From NCBI GenBank assembly GCA_018817315.1, contig JAHITV010000004.1, forward strand, positions 1-54,738: a stretch of DNA of 54,738 nt, written 5' to 3'. Position numbers and translations under genes: made by a program. Each line of letters starts with the position of its first letter. The first letter of the stretch is position 1. The DNA is from Patescibacteria group bacterium (GTDB taxonomy: Bacteria > Patescibacteriota > Patescibacteriia > UBA1558 > UBA10009). The notes below the pieces were generated by a model. That model saw only the letters and a list, made by a program, of their open reading frames with translations. It had not been told where the DNA came from and searched no databases. Shown piece after piece: positions 28,673 to 37,466 of the stretch.

Positions 28673-29722
28673 TTAGTTGAAAATTTTTGAAAATTTCTGT
28701 TTGCTTATTTTAAGATTTTTTTCCGTTAAAAGCAAGTTTTTCAATCCCCAATTAATGTAAGATTGTGGCAGTTTTTTTAAGGCTAAAAAATAAATATCAA
28801 CTAAAACATGGCTTAAGAAAGCAAAGTGCAGTGCTTTAAATAGATATTTTTTCTCAATAGTTGTAAGTTTTCTAATTTTGTTATAACTGTCGTAAATTAT
28901 TTTGGCTCTCTTTAAATTAAAGTTACCTTCTTTAGAGCAGTACCACATCATGGTGTTGGCTAGATCCAAAACTAATGGGCCGTTATAGGAGTTGTCAAAA
29001 TCAACAACACCAGTTAGTTTATTTTTCACAAAAAGAGTATTTTCGGGCTTTAAATCAATGTGCATAGCGCCTTTAGGTAAATTCCCAGGTAATTTATATT
29101 TTAAAAAGTTTTGTTCAATATAATTTAAAGCGGATTTTATGCTTGGAGTTTTTAATTTTTGGCTAACTTTTAAGATCAACTCCAGTTTATTTTTAGAAAT
29201 ATTGTAGAATTCCAGACGCTTGACTTTGGTTTGGAAATTTTCAGTTTGTAAATGCAGTTTAGCTAAGAAAATAGCTGTTTGACTTATCATTTTGTCGCTA
29301 AATTTGACTTTTTCTTCCCCTTTTAAATATGAGTATAACAAAACAGTTTGATTATTAAATTTGGTTAGATATTTACCATTAATGTTTTTTATTGGTTTAG
29401 CAGTTGGTAGATTTTTTAGATGGTTTAAAAGATCAATTTCATATTTAATCTTTGCCGGTGCATGGCGGATAATAATTTTAAAAGTATAGTTTCTTTTAGT
29501 GGTTTTAAGATGATAAACTTGATTAGCTAGGCCTTTTTTAAATTTTTTAAAAGACAATAAACTACCGACGTTATATTGTCTTAAAAAATTATTAAGCGTG
29601 GAATGGTTTACCCCGTTAGAAACAGAATGCCCCACGGCTTGCCGCGGGAATGAATGCTTATATTTTTTAGCGAACACGGGTTTTAATGCCCAGTGTGAGC
29701 TTTTAACGGGGTTTACTTTCAT
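28673..29722 (-). CDS. Homoserine kinase type II / APH-family phosphotransferase with an in-frame 35-aa N-terminal insertion
   Basis: GLANQVY, LAKLH, HIDLKPEN, GVVDFD, DLA. Confidence 0.85.
   Translation of the reverse strand: MKVNPVKSSHWALKPVFAKKYKHSFPRQAVGHSVSNGVNHSTLNNFLRQYNVGSLLSFKKFKKGLANQVYHLKTTKRNYTFKIIIRHAPAKIKYEIDLLNHLKNLPTAKPIKNINGKYLTKFNNQTVLLYSYLKGEEKVKFSDKMISQTAIFLAKLHLQTENFQTKVKRLEFYNISKNKLELILKVSQKLKTPSIKSALNYIEQNFLKYKLPGNLPKGAMHIDLKPENTLFVKNKLTGVVDFDNSYNGPLVLDLANTMMWYCSKEGNFNLKRAKIIYDSYNKIRKLTTIEKKYLFKALHFAFLSHVLVDIYFLALKKLPQSYINWGLKNLLLTEKNLKISKQKFSKIFN
29610..29712. mobile_element. 103-bp miniature inverted-repeat element inserted in-frame in the phosphotransferase gene
   Basis: Terminal IRs ACCCCGTTAGAA / TTTTAACGGGGT, TT on both flanks (105 bp = 35 codons), GC-rich internal hairpins. 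Confidence 0.8.
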
Positions 29723-30135
29723 GATTTTTGAATTTTCTCAATAACTGGTTTAATGTTTGGAGCACAATCTTCTGGTAATTCATCAAGCGGAAACCAGTTC
29801 CATTCACTAATTTCTGGTCCGGGTTTAATTTCACCAATCCGTTTGGCTAAGTAATGAACAGCAATCACAATTGAGTTATCATTTCTTTTTATTAATATCA
29901 CATCCAGTAGTTTTTCAATTTCAATGTCAATGCCCATTTCTTCTTTAACTTCACGTTTGGCGGTTTCTTCCAAATTGACATCAAAATCTTCTGCTTCTCC
30001 GCCACAAAACTGCCATTTAGGGTTAGGTCTTTTATCAGTGGTTTTGGCTTTGTTTAATAATGTGCAAAGCTTTCCGTTAATTTCTTCAATAATTACCGGA
30101 CCAGAAGCGATAATTGAATTTGGAGGCAGTTGCAT
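29719..30135 (-). CDS. NUDIX hydrolase
   Basis: Nudix box GGEAEDFDVNLEETAKREVKEEMG. Confidence 0.92.
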   Translation of the reverse strand: MQLPPNSIIASGPVIIEEINGKLCTLLNKAKTTDKRPNPKWQFCGGEAEDFDVNLEETAKREVKEEMGIDIEIEKLLDVILIKRNDNSIVIAVHYLAKRIGEIKPGPEISEWNWFPLDELPEDCAPNIKPVIEKIQKS

Positions 30136-30139
30136 ATAA

Positions 30140-30766
30140 TTAATTATTAAGTTTTGGTTTTTTAAGTTTACTTTTAGGTAATTTCTTATAAGTCATTTTC
30201 TTTAGATTTTTCCACCAGTCAGTTGGTTCAGTTTTTTCAATTTCTAAAAGTAGTTTTTTAGCAGATTCTGTTTCCAAAGCTTTTTTAACATTGTTAATCC
30301 AGCTTTGGGTTGATTTATAACCTTGAGATAAATGTTCTCTGGCAGTAATAGCATTTTCCAGCCAGTCTGCATCTTGAACAATTACCCCTTCCAAAGTTTT
30401 GCGGCCTTCTTTTTCTTTTAAGAGTGTTCGCCATTCCTTTTTTATCTTGTCTGGCAGATTTTTAGTTTGATCATAAAAAGCTTTTTCTTCAGCAGGATAA
30501 GTTTTTAAATATCTGGCTGAAACTTTATGATGATCACCAATGCGGATTTCACCCAAATCATGGATAAGAGCCATAACTGCGGCTTTATAAGGATCAGCAT
30601 TTTCTAGTTCAGCTAGAATATAAGCAATTAAAGCAGTTCTAACAGTATGATCAGCTAAACTTTCTGTTTCCAGAACTAAAGCCAGTTTAAAACCGGCTCG
30701 TTGCATTTTACCTAAGATGCCGAACTCATAAAATAAATTTACTAAATTTTTTGTTTGCTTTGCCAT
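30140..30766 (-). CDS. HD-domain phosphohydrolase (YfbR/HDDC2-like 5'-deoxynucleotidase)
   Basis: ESLADHT, ALIHDLGEIRIGD, QDADWLE. Confidence 0.88.
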   Translation of the reverse strand: MAKQTKNLVNLFYEFGILGKMQRAGFKLALVLETESLADHTVRTALIAYILAELENADPYKAAVMALIHDLGEIRIGDHHKVSARYLKTYPAEEKAFYDQTKNLPDKIKKEWRTLLKEKEGRKTLEGVIVQDADWLENAITAREHLSQGYKSTQSWINNVKKALETESAKKLLLEIEKTEPTDWWKNLKKMTYKKLPKSKLKKPKLNN

Positions 30767-30779
30767 AAAATTTTAGAGG

Positions 30780-32399
30780 TTAATGTAAATATTTTATCAT
30801 ATATGTCTCTTCCAGACAATAACCAAGTTTTTGGTAATAAGGCCTGACACCAATACCGGAAATGACAGCAATTTTTTTAAGCCCGTGTTTATAGGTTAAA
30901 TCTTCAGCGATTTTCATTAAACGTTTGCCAAAACCAGTGTGCTGAATGGCGTTGGTTAAATGAGGATTAATTCCTCGTTTACCGGAGAGAAGAGGAGATT
31001 TAACAGGAATTAACTGTCCGTAAGTATGCAGTTCTCTAACTAAAGAAGCATTTTTTAATTCAGGAATAAAATTATTTTGTTCATCATTTACTCTAAATCT
31101 AATAAAAGAATATAATTTATCTCTTTTAGGACTTTCATAACTGATAAAGTATTCCCAACCATCACTGGCACGGTACTTTTCAGTAAAGAGTTTAGCTTTT
31201 TTAAGATTAGTAATATCTTCTTTAGCTTCTCGGCAACGGATACATTTGCATTTCTTTTCTTGTTTTTGCATTTTTTCCTGTAACAACTGTCGTAAATTAG
31301 TAATTTTATTACCGGCGGCAATACTTTGTTTAGGAATATCTCTAATTAATCTGTTGATTCGGACGTAGTAAGGTACTGTTTGTTTTATTTTTAGCAAAAG
31401 ATTCAGTAATTGTTTTGGGGAATAAGGTTTATGTTTGCCGGATTTATACCAGCGATAAAGCGGCGCATACTTATTTACTACTGTGGGATAAATTTTTATC
31501 TGATCGGGCTGAAAATTTTTATCAGTAAAGATCTTTTTGAACATTTGCAAATCTTTAGCTGGAGTGGAGTTTGGTAAATTCGGCATTAAATGATAATCAA
31601 TCTTAAAACCAGCTCGTTTTAAAAGTTTAGTGGCTTGGATGGTTTGTTTTACTGTATGTCCTCGCTTAACAAAGGCCAAGATTTTATCATTTAAGTGTTG
31701 CACCCCAAATTGAACTCTGGTAATGCCTAATTCTCTAAACCATTTAATTTCCTGTTCATTAATCATATCTGGCCGTGTTTCAATGGTAACGCCGATAATG
31801 CGGTATTTGGTTTTTTCGTTTTGTTTAAAAGTTTGCTCTAAAGTTTTTACTGGTTTTGTTTTTTTATTAAAATTATTACAAGTGGCAAAACAGTTTTTAA
31901 TAAAAGTTTTTTGATATTTTTTAGTATAAGCATTAAAACAGCCGCCTAAAATTAATAATTCAATTTTGTCAACTTCATGACCATTAGCTTCTAAAGCTTT
32001 AATTCTCATTTTAACCTGTTTTACAGGATCAAATTTATTTAAGACGGCACGCATGGCAGCCGGTTCATTGGAAAGATAGCTTTTGGGCATTTTTGGTTCG
32101 GCAGGGCAATAAATACATTTTCCAGGACAAGGGTATGGTTTAGTTAAGACAGTTAAGGGTGTTACTCCTGATAAAGTTCTGGTACGACGTTTAGTTAAAA
32201 AGGCAAGCAACTTTTTGATTTTGTTTTTTTCTGATTTAGAAAGTTTGAGTTGACGATAGACCTTAATCAGGGTAGCATTGTTTAGAGGCGGAAGATTAAA
32301 TTCTCCAGAGAATCTTTTTTTAAGCACCAGAAAAGAACTGTAATCTTTGGGATTAGCTTTGATGATTTTAGAAATAATTATTTTATCAATATTTTTCAT
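30780..32399 (-). CDS. elp3: Elp3 radical-SAM/GNAT tRNA uridine(34) carboxymethyltransferase
   Basis: RTLSGVTP, PYPCPGKCIYCP, PKSY..EPAAMRA, IETRPD, KIYPT, RINRLIRDIP, CKCIRCRE, VRELHTYG, QHTGFG, VISGIGVRPYYQKLGY. Confidence 0.95.
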   Translation of the reverse strand: MKNIDKIIISKIIKANPKDYSSFLVLKKRFSGEFNLPPLNNATLIKVYRQLKLSKSEKNKIKKLLAFLTKRRTRTLSGVTPLTVLTKPYPCPGKCIYCPAEPKMPKSYLSNEPAAMRAVLNKFDPVKQVKMRIKALEANGHEVDKIELLILGGCFNAYTKKYQKTFIKNCFATCNNFNKKTKPVKTLEQTFKQNEKTKYRIIGVTIETRPDMINEQEIKWFRELGITRVQFGVQHLNDKILAFVKRGHTVKQTIQATKLLKRAGFKIDYHLMPNLPNSTPAKDLQMFKKIFTDKNFQPDQIKIYPTVVNKYAPLYRWYKSGKHKPYSPKQLLNLLLKIKQTVPYYVRINRLIRDIPKQSIAAGNKITNLRQLLQEKMQKQEKKCKCIRCREAKEDITNLKKAKLFTEKYRASDGWEYFISYESPKRDKLYSFIRFRVNDEQNNFIPELKNASLVRELHTYGQLIPVKSPLLSGKRGINPHLTNAIQHTGFGKRLMKIAEDLTYKHGLKKIAVISGIGVRPYYQKLGYCLEETYMIKYLH

Positions 32400-32410
32400 A
32401 AAATACCCTG

Positions 32411-33118
32411 ATGAAAAAAACAGAAAAGTTATTGCAAAAAATTAAAGATGATTACAATCAAATTGCTAGTCATTTCAGCCAGACTAGAGTTATGCCTTGG
32501 ACTGAATTTGGGCTGTTTAAAGAGTATATCAAGCCAGGGCAGAAAATTCTAGACCTGGGTTGTGGCAATGGCCGCTGGTATAAATTTTTAATAGACCAGC
32601 ATTTGCCTGTTGAATATTACGGCTTAGATAATAGTGAGCAGTTGATTAAAGTCGCCAAGGAAACTTATTCTAATGAGGCAGCTAGATTTATTTTGGGGGA
32701 ATTAACTAAACTCAATTTCCCTGAAAATAGTTTTGAGGTGGTGGTTTGTATCGCTACTTTACATCACTTGCCGTCACGGCAATTACGTCAGCAGGCCATA
32801 GCAGAAATATATCGGGTTTTAAAGCCAGGCGGATATTTTTTAATGACCAATTGGTATTTATGGAACACAGTCAACTTTAAAAATTATTTTAATTGTTTCT
32901 GGCAAAAAAGTTCCTTTAAAGATTTTTTTATTCCCTGGAAAGATCCTCAAGGCAATGTTTTAAGTCAGCGCTATTATTATGCTTTCACTAAGAGAAAGTT
33001 AGCCAAACTTTTACAGACTGCGAATTTTAAAGTTGAAAGGAATTTTTCTCAATCACGGCAAAAAAAATCAGGCAAAGCCAAGGGAGTTAATCTTGTTTCT
33101 ATTGCCAGAAAAGAATAG
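32411..33118 (+). CDS. Class I SAM methyltransferase, Trm9/ALKBH8-like (candidate cm5U34 O-methyltransferase)
   Basis: YNQIASHFSQTR..PW, LDLGCGNGR, IATLHHLPS..R, RVLKPGG, DFFIPWK, RYYYAF. Confidence 0.8.
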   Translation: MKKTEKLLQKIKDDYNQIASHFSQTRVMPWTEFGLFKEYIKPGQKILDLGCGNGRWYKFLIDQHLPVEYYGLDNSEQLIKVAKETYSNEAARFILGELTKLNFPENSFEVVVCIATLHHLPSRQLRQQAIAEIYRVLKPGGYFLMTNWYLWNTVNFKNYFNCFWQKSSFKDFFIPWKDPQGNVLSQRYYYAFTKRKLAKLLQTANFKVERNFSQSRQKKSGKAKGVNLVSIARKE

Positions 33119-33142
33119 ATTACGTCGTTCCCAGGTGAGGTG

Positions 33143-33171
33143 ATAAAAAAACGCTGATGCAATATCAGCGT
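33143..33171 (-). terminator. Terminator after membrane paralogue 1
   Basis: ACGCTGAT-gcaat-ATCAGCGT with an A-run on the plus strand (U-tract on minus). Confidence 0.75.
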
Positions 33172-33208
33172 AAAGATCAAGAATTCTTATAGTTCTCTTG
33201 ATCTTTGT

Positions 33209-33562
33209 TCAGCCTTTTTTTGGATAAATAAGAAGATAGAGAATAAAGAACAAGATGGCCAGAATAACTGAGACGATACAACTTCCCAAGAACCAGAAGA
33301 AATTTAGCCACCCTAGGTGTAGAAAATAAGTCCAGAAGATTCCCACTATAATCACGCAAAGCCAGGAGATTATCCCTGGTAGAATGGAATTTTCAAAAAA
33401 GATGATTATTAGAGCCAAGGGCCATAACCAAAGTAATCTTAAGTATAATTCCAGGCCGTCCTCCTTGAAAGGAGTGTCGGGTAAAAGGTAGATTATCAAG
33501 GTGATGATTTGACTCAAGACAAACCAAATAATAGCCGATACAACAACAATTTGGATAATCAT
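33209..33562 (-). CDS. Small multi-pass membrane protein, paralogue 1
   Basis: LLWLWPLAL and GIFWTYFLHL shared with neighbours. Confidence 0.75.
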   Translation of the reverse strand: MIIQIVVVSAIIWFVLSQIITLIIYLLPDTPFKEDGLELYLRLLWLWPLALIIIFFENSILPGIISWLCVIIVGIFWTYFLHLGWLNFFWFLGSCIVSVILAILFFILYLLIYPKKG

Positions 33563-33682
33563 ATTATTTTTTTACCTTTGGTAGTTTGTGAAGGGCGATT
33601 TAATTTTAATCTTGGTTGATTTTAGCTGGTTTGTCAAGACTCACGTCTTTTATAATCATAGCTCAAAAAGTTGATTTAAAAT

Positions 33683-33711
33683 AAAAAAGCGTTGGTGTTT
33701 GTTACCAACGC
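33683..33711 (-). terminator. 29-bp duplicated terminator, copy 1
   Basis: AAAAAAGCGTTGGTGTTTGTTACCAACGC, identical at 34241-34269. Confidence 0.85.
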
Positions 33712-33734
33712 TATTGTTATTACCTTACAGGAAA

Positions 33735-33773
33735 CCCCGTACGACCCTGAGTGAAACGAAGGGAAGTGCGGGG
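33735..33773. repeat. GC-rich hairpin carrying the CCCTGAG..GAAGGG motif
   Basis: CCCCGTAC-ga-CCCTGAGTGAAACGAAGGG-aa-GTGCGGGG. Confidence 0.7.
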
Positions 33774-33819
33774 AGGACGTCATTTTTGTTTGGTAGTTCC
33801 AGATTTTTGTTTAGATGTT

Positions 33820-34158
33820 TTATCTCTCTGGTAATGACATTAGGATAACATTTTCAAGAATCCATAATACTACGATACCTGCCGGAAAAAAAGGAAAAAA
33901 TATAGCAGGTAGTTGTAGCAGATAGGTCCAGAAAATTCCTGCTATTAAAACGATTATGATTCCGACGCGCACAGATCCATACTTTTTCATTCCCCGTGCA
34001 TCTTGAATGAAAGCATATAATCCTGCCGGCCATAATAATAGAAAGTTCCAAGGAAGCTGTAAACGCTTGCCGGGTACACGAAATGTTTGCCAGGCCAATG
34101 CACCTAATAGCAAATCAAGAACCAAATAAAAGATGACAGAAACAATTAGAATATTCAT
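33820..34158 (-). CDS. Small multi-pass membrane protein, paralogue 2
   Basis: FLLLWPAGL and GIFWTYLLQL; SD GAGG upstream. Confidence 0.75.
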   Translation of the reverse strand: MNILIVSVIFYLVLDLLLGALAWQTFRVPGKRLQLPWNFLLLWPAGLYAFIQDARGMKKYGSVRVGIIIVLIAGIFWTYLLQLPAIFFPFFPAGIVVLWILENVILMSLPER

Positions 34159-34240
34159 GATAACCTCTATCTGTTATATTTCTGGAAAGATCAGTTATTT
34201 TTTTTAAATTATCATTGTTGTCCAAATTTGTCAATTAATA

Positions 34241-34269
34241 AAAAAAGCGTTGGTGTTTGTTACCAACGC
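34241..34269 (-). terminator. 29-bp duplicated terminator, copy 2
   Basis: Identical to 33683-33711. Confidence 0.85.
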
Positions 34270-34312
34270 GTTAAGTCACCTATGCTCTTTGACTAACTTT
34301 TAATGGGCAGGT

Positions 34313-34723
34313 TTAGCTTTTTTTACACATAATAAATACGTAGATGATGATATCTATGAAGGCATCTACAATGGCGTATGGTATTACTCCTATTACATAG
34401 AAGAGGAACAACACAAAAACATTCGTTCCAGACTTCCATATAACAGTCATACAGATAATAAAAATCACTGCGCCTGCAATCCACGTTAAAAGTCCAATAA
34501 TAGGACATTCTCCGGTGTTGTTACGTCGTACAACACTATATAGATAAAATGGCCAATAAAACAGAGCTAAAGAGTGTTCTTTGATTTGTGATAGTAGTCT
34601 GGTGTGCTTAACATCAGATGTGCATGATCGGCGTTTTGTAATAATATACAAACGCGCAGTTACTTGGCTAAGAAGGAGATAAATAATAAAAAGCACCTTA
34701 ATAGCTATAATGGGATTTTCCAT
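34313..34723 (-). CDS. Small multi-pass membrane protein, paralogue 3 (more divergent)
   Basis: YLLLSQV (compare WFVLSQI in paralogue 1), ALFYWPFYL; SD GGAG upstream. Confidence 0.7.
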   Translation of the reverse strand: MENPIIAIKVLFIIYLLLSQVTARLYIITKRRSCTSDVKHTRLLSQIKEHSLALFYWPFYLYSVVRRNNTGECPIIGLLTWIAGAVIFIICMTVIWKSGTNVFVLFLFYVIGVIPYAIVDAFIDIIIYVFIMCKKS

Positions 34724-34890
34724 GGGATAATCTCCACTGGTTTTGTTAAAAAGGACGTTTAAGATAAGTTATTCTTAACATAACTACTAATTCTGTCAAT
34801 CCATTCGGTAACCTTGCTTTTTTGCAGAGATTAGTTAAAATTTAGATAGTTGAAAAAGCATTTAACATATTAATTAATCAATTAAAGTTT

Positions 34891-36051
34891 ATGTTTATGT
34901 TTAAAAAGAAAAAGTATTATCTGCTATTTTTTAGCATTTTATTAGTATTAATGTTACCTTTGGTTGTTTTTGCTGACTCAAACACCGGAGAAAACGTTTA
35001 TTTGCCTTCTACAGAAACTCATGAGGGAAATTATTATGCTGCTGGTTCAGCAGTGGAAATTGCCGGAACAGTCAACGGCGATGTTTTTGCGGCTGGCAGT
35101 TCTATTGTCATTTCCGGAACAGTCAACGGCGATGTTTTTGCGGCTGGTTCCAGTATAATTATTAACGGAGAAGTTGACGGTAATGTCAGGGTAGCTGGTT
35201 CTACTATTACTTTAAATGGAAAAGTAAGCCGTAATGTGATGGCTGCTGGCAGTAGTATAGTCATAAGTGAATCAGCAGAAGTTGCTAGACACGTTACTTT
35301 AGCCGGAGCAACAGTTGAAGTTAGGGGTAAAATTGGCGGTAATTTGGAAGCTAGTGCTGATATGGTTAATATAGATAATGAAGTGGGCGGTGATGCTTAT
35401 ATTAAAACCCAGGATGAAAAAATTAATTTGCGTTCTGCTGCTAAAATAAAAGGGGATTTGAATTATACTTCCCTTAAGCAGATAACCATAGAGGATGAAG
35501 CCAAAGTTGATGGTCAAGTGAACCATAAACCTTGGGAAGTAAAGAAAAAAGCTGCTGGTTTAATGGGACTATTTGGTTTGGGTTATATTATGATTAAACT
35601 CATCCAATTATTCGGTTTATTTATAGTGGCTTTGGTTATCATAAAATTATTACCCCGCCAAGTTGTAAAAGTTACTGATTTGATGATTAATAAACCTTGG
35701 CCTCAAATTGGCCGTGGTTTAGCCTGGTTCTTTTTGGCACCCATTATTTTATTTATAATAGCCATCACAGTTATTGGGGTTTATCTTGCCTTAATTGGCG
35801 GAGCATTATATTTGATAATGCTTTTTATTGCCAAAGTCTTTGCCGGCATTGCTTTAGGCTTAATCATCACAAAATTATTTAAATGGGATAAAGCTTCTTT
35901 ATTTCTTAGTATGATTATTGGTATTATAGTTCTGGTAGTTATAAAAAGCATTCCTTTATTAGGTTGGTTAATCGGTTTAGTGGCTATGTGGTGGGCTTTG
36001 GGAGCGATCCTTGCTTTGGTTAAAGAAAATTTAAAAGGTCAAAATAATTAA
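34891..36051 (+). CDS. Membrane protein with polymer-forming (bactofilin-like) beta-helix repeats
   Basis: Signal peptide, 17-aa repeats (I.GTVNGDVFAAGSS), C-terminal multi-TM domain with IPLLGWL. Confidence 0.85.
   Translation: MFMFKKKKYYLLFFSILLVLMLPLVVFADSNTGENVYLPSTETHEGNYYAAGSAVEIAGTVNGDVFAAGSSIVISGTVNGDVFAAGSSIIINGEVDGNVRVAGSTITLNGKVSRNVMAAGSSIVISESAEVARHVTLAGATVEVRGKIGGNLEASADMVNIDNEVGGDAYIKTQDEKINLRSAAKIKGDLNYTSLKQITIEDEAKVDGQVNHKPWEVKKKAAGLMGLFGLGYIMIKLIQLFGLFIVALVIIKLLPRQVVKVTDLMINKPWPQIGRGLAWFFLAPIILFIIAITVIGVYLALIGGALYLIMLFIAKVFAGIALGLIITKLFKWDKASLFLSMIIGIIVLVVIKSIPLLGWLIGLVAMWWALGAILALVKENLKGQNN
35063..35147 (+). repeat. Intragenic direct repeat, 34 bp identical, 51-bp period
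   Basis: CCGGAACAGTCAACGGCGATGTTTTTGCGGCTGG at 35063-35096 and 35114-35147. Confidence 0.9.
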
Positions 36052-36099
36052 TTATTAATAAAACGCCTATTATAAAATAGGTAAAAAAGGAGAAAGTTT

Positions 36100-37374
36100 A
36101 TGAAAAAATTTTTCATCTTTTTAGTCTTTGCTCTGGCTTTAGGTTTTCCGCTTATGGGTTTAACCGAAGAGGCAGTTACTAGTACTACTGACGCTAATAC
36201 TGAAGTAACAGCTGATGACATTGGTTTAAGTGAGACCCAACTTAATAATGCTGCCGAGGAAGCAACTGAAGCAGAATCTTTTACTGGTACTTTGGTGGAA
36301 ATCGGTAATACCACCGCAGAAAATACCACCATTATTATCAGAACCCAAGAAGAGGACGGCACTACCGAAGATCAGACAGTAGAAATTGAAAAGGATACAT
36401 CTGTCCAAAACGATTCTTACCAAGCTTCTGATTTAAGCGACTGGATAGCCGGTGATCAGGTTACTGTTTCAGCCACCGAATATACTAATAGCGGAGCAGT
36501 GGTAGCTAACAAGCTTAGAAATAGATCTATGAGTTGGAATCATAAAGGAAGAAATGGTTGGATTACCGCTATCAGATTGGAAGAAAATGAAATGGATGTT
36601 CAGTGGAATAATCAAACTTTTACTTTGGATACCAGTGAAGCCAGAATGGTAGCTGGTATAAAAAACCCAGCCAGTTTAGCTGATTTTGAAGTGGGAGATA
36701 GAATCAGATCTCGAGTAGTAGATGATGGCGATGGTAATCCCGCTACTTGGAAAGCAAAGATTATTGTAGTGTTGCGACGGGGAGGTGCTTTATTCATGAG
36801 AGTTACTCGTTGGGTAGTTCCTGCCAAAATCACTATGATCCCAGAGGATCTAACTTTGCCGGTTACTATTGAAGTTGAAGTTTTGCCTTCAAAATTTTAT
36901 GAAGAAGGAGATGTCAATAATCTAATTGGCGCACCAAGCACAAAATTAATGGTTGATATTACTGAAGAGACTAAATTAAGAAGAAGATTTTTAGGTAAAG
37001 CTTTATTAAAAGAATTCAGCGAAGGAGATAATGTAAGAATTATTGGCCGTCGTGATGAAAATACCGGTCATTTAGTGGCTAAATTCATTAAGAATAATTC
37101 CATTCAGAGACTGGGCGTAGCTCAACGTTTAGGCAAGGTTACTGCCATTGATACTGCTACCAGAGTTCTTAACACTGAATTATTAAAAACTCTTTTAGTT
37201 AACAAAGATGTTACGGTAAATGTTTTGGAGAAAGCCAAGATACTTAAAGGTGGTAATGAGGTTAACTTTGAAGAAATTAAAGTTAATGATGTTATTAGGG
37301 TTCGTGGTACTGCTAATAGAATACAAAGAAGCGTTGATGCTGATGTTCTTAATTTAGTAGGTCAAGCGTATTAA
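36100..37374 (+). CDS. Secreted protein with tandem OB-fold-like (DUF5666-like) domains
   Basis: Signal peptide, acidic linker, four repeats ending L.D..(V/A)GD.V.V.G; SD AGGAG. Confidence 0.7.
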   Translation: MKKFFIFLVFALALGFPLMGLTEEAVTSTTDANTEVTADDIGLSETQLNNAAEEATEAESFTGTLVEIGNTTAENTTIIIRTQEEDGTTEDQTVEIEKDTSVQNDSYQASDLSDWIAGDQVTVSATEYTNSGAVVANKLRNRSMSWNHKGRNGWITAIRLEENEMDVQWNNQTFTLDTSEARMVAGIKNPASLADFEVGDRIRSRVVDDGDGNPATWKAKIIVVLRRGGALFMRVTRWVVPAKITMIPEDLTLPVTIEVEVLPSKFYEEGDVNNLIGAPSTKLMVDITEETKLRRRFLGKALLKEFSEGDNVRIIGRRDENTGHLVAKFIKNNSIQRLGVAQRLGKVTAIDTATRVLNTELLKTLLVNKDVTVNVLEKAKILKGGNEVNFEEIKVNDVIRVRGTANRIQRSVDADVLNLVGQAY

Positions 37375-37403
37375 GTTAAAAGTTTTTTTGAGTTTTAAAC
37401 ATC

Positions 37404-37428
37404 CCCAGCCGAGTCTGACTCGGCTGGG
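37404..37428. repeat. REP-like palindrome family B, copy 1
   Basis: CCCAGCCGAGTC-t-GACTCGGCTGGG; related copy at 52255-52277. Confidence 0.8.
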
Positions 37429-37466
37429 TTGATTATTAAGGTAAAATTAGTTAAAATTTTAATATT

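Noticed and set aside
30960-31005. Possible third in-frame palindromic insertion in elp3 (SPLLSGKRGINP)
   Set aside because: Only a 5-bp TCCTC/GAGGA stem, no second copy, and this loop may simply be variable in Elp3.
33143-34800. Integron cassette array or CRISPR array
   Set aside because: No intI or cas genes and no attC core sites recognised. The 29-bp repeat occurs only twice, 558 bp apart, and has terminator form.
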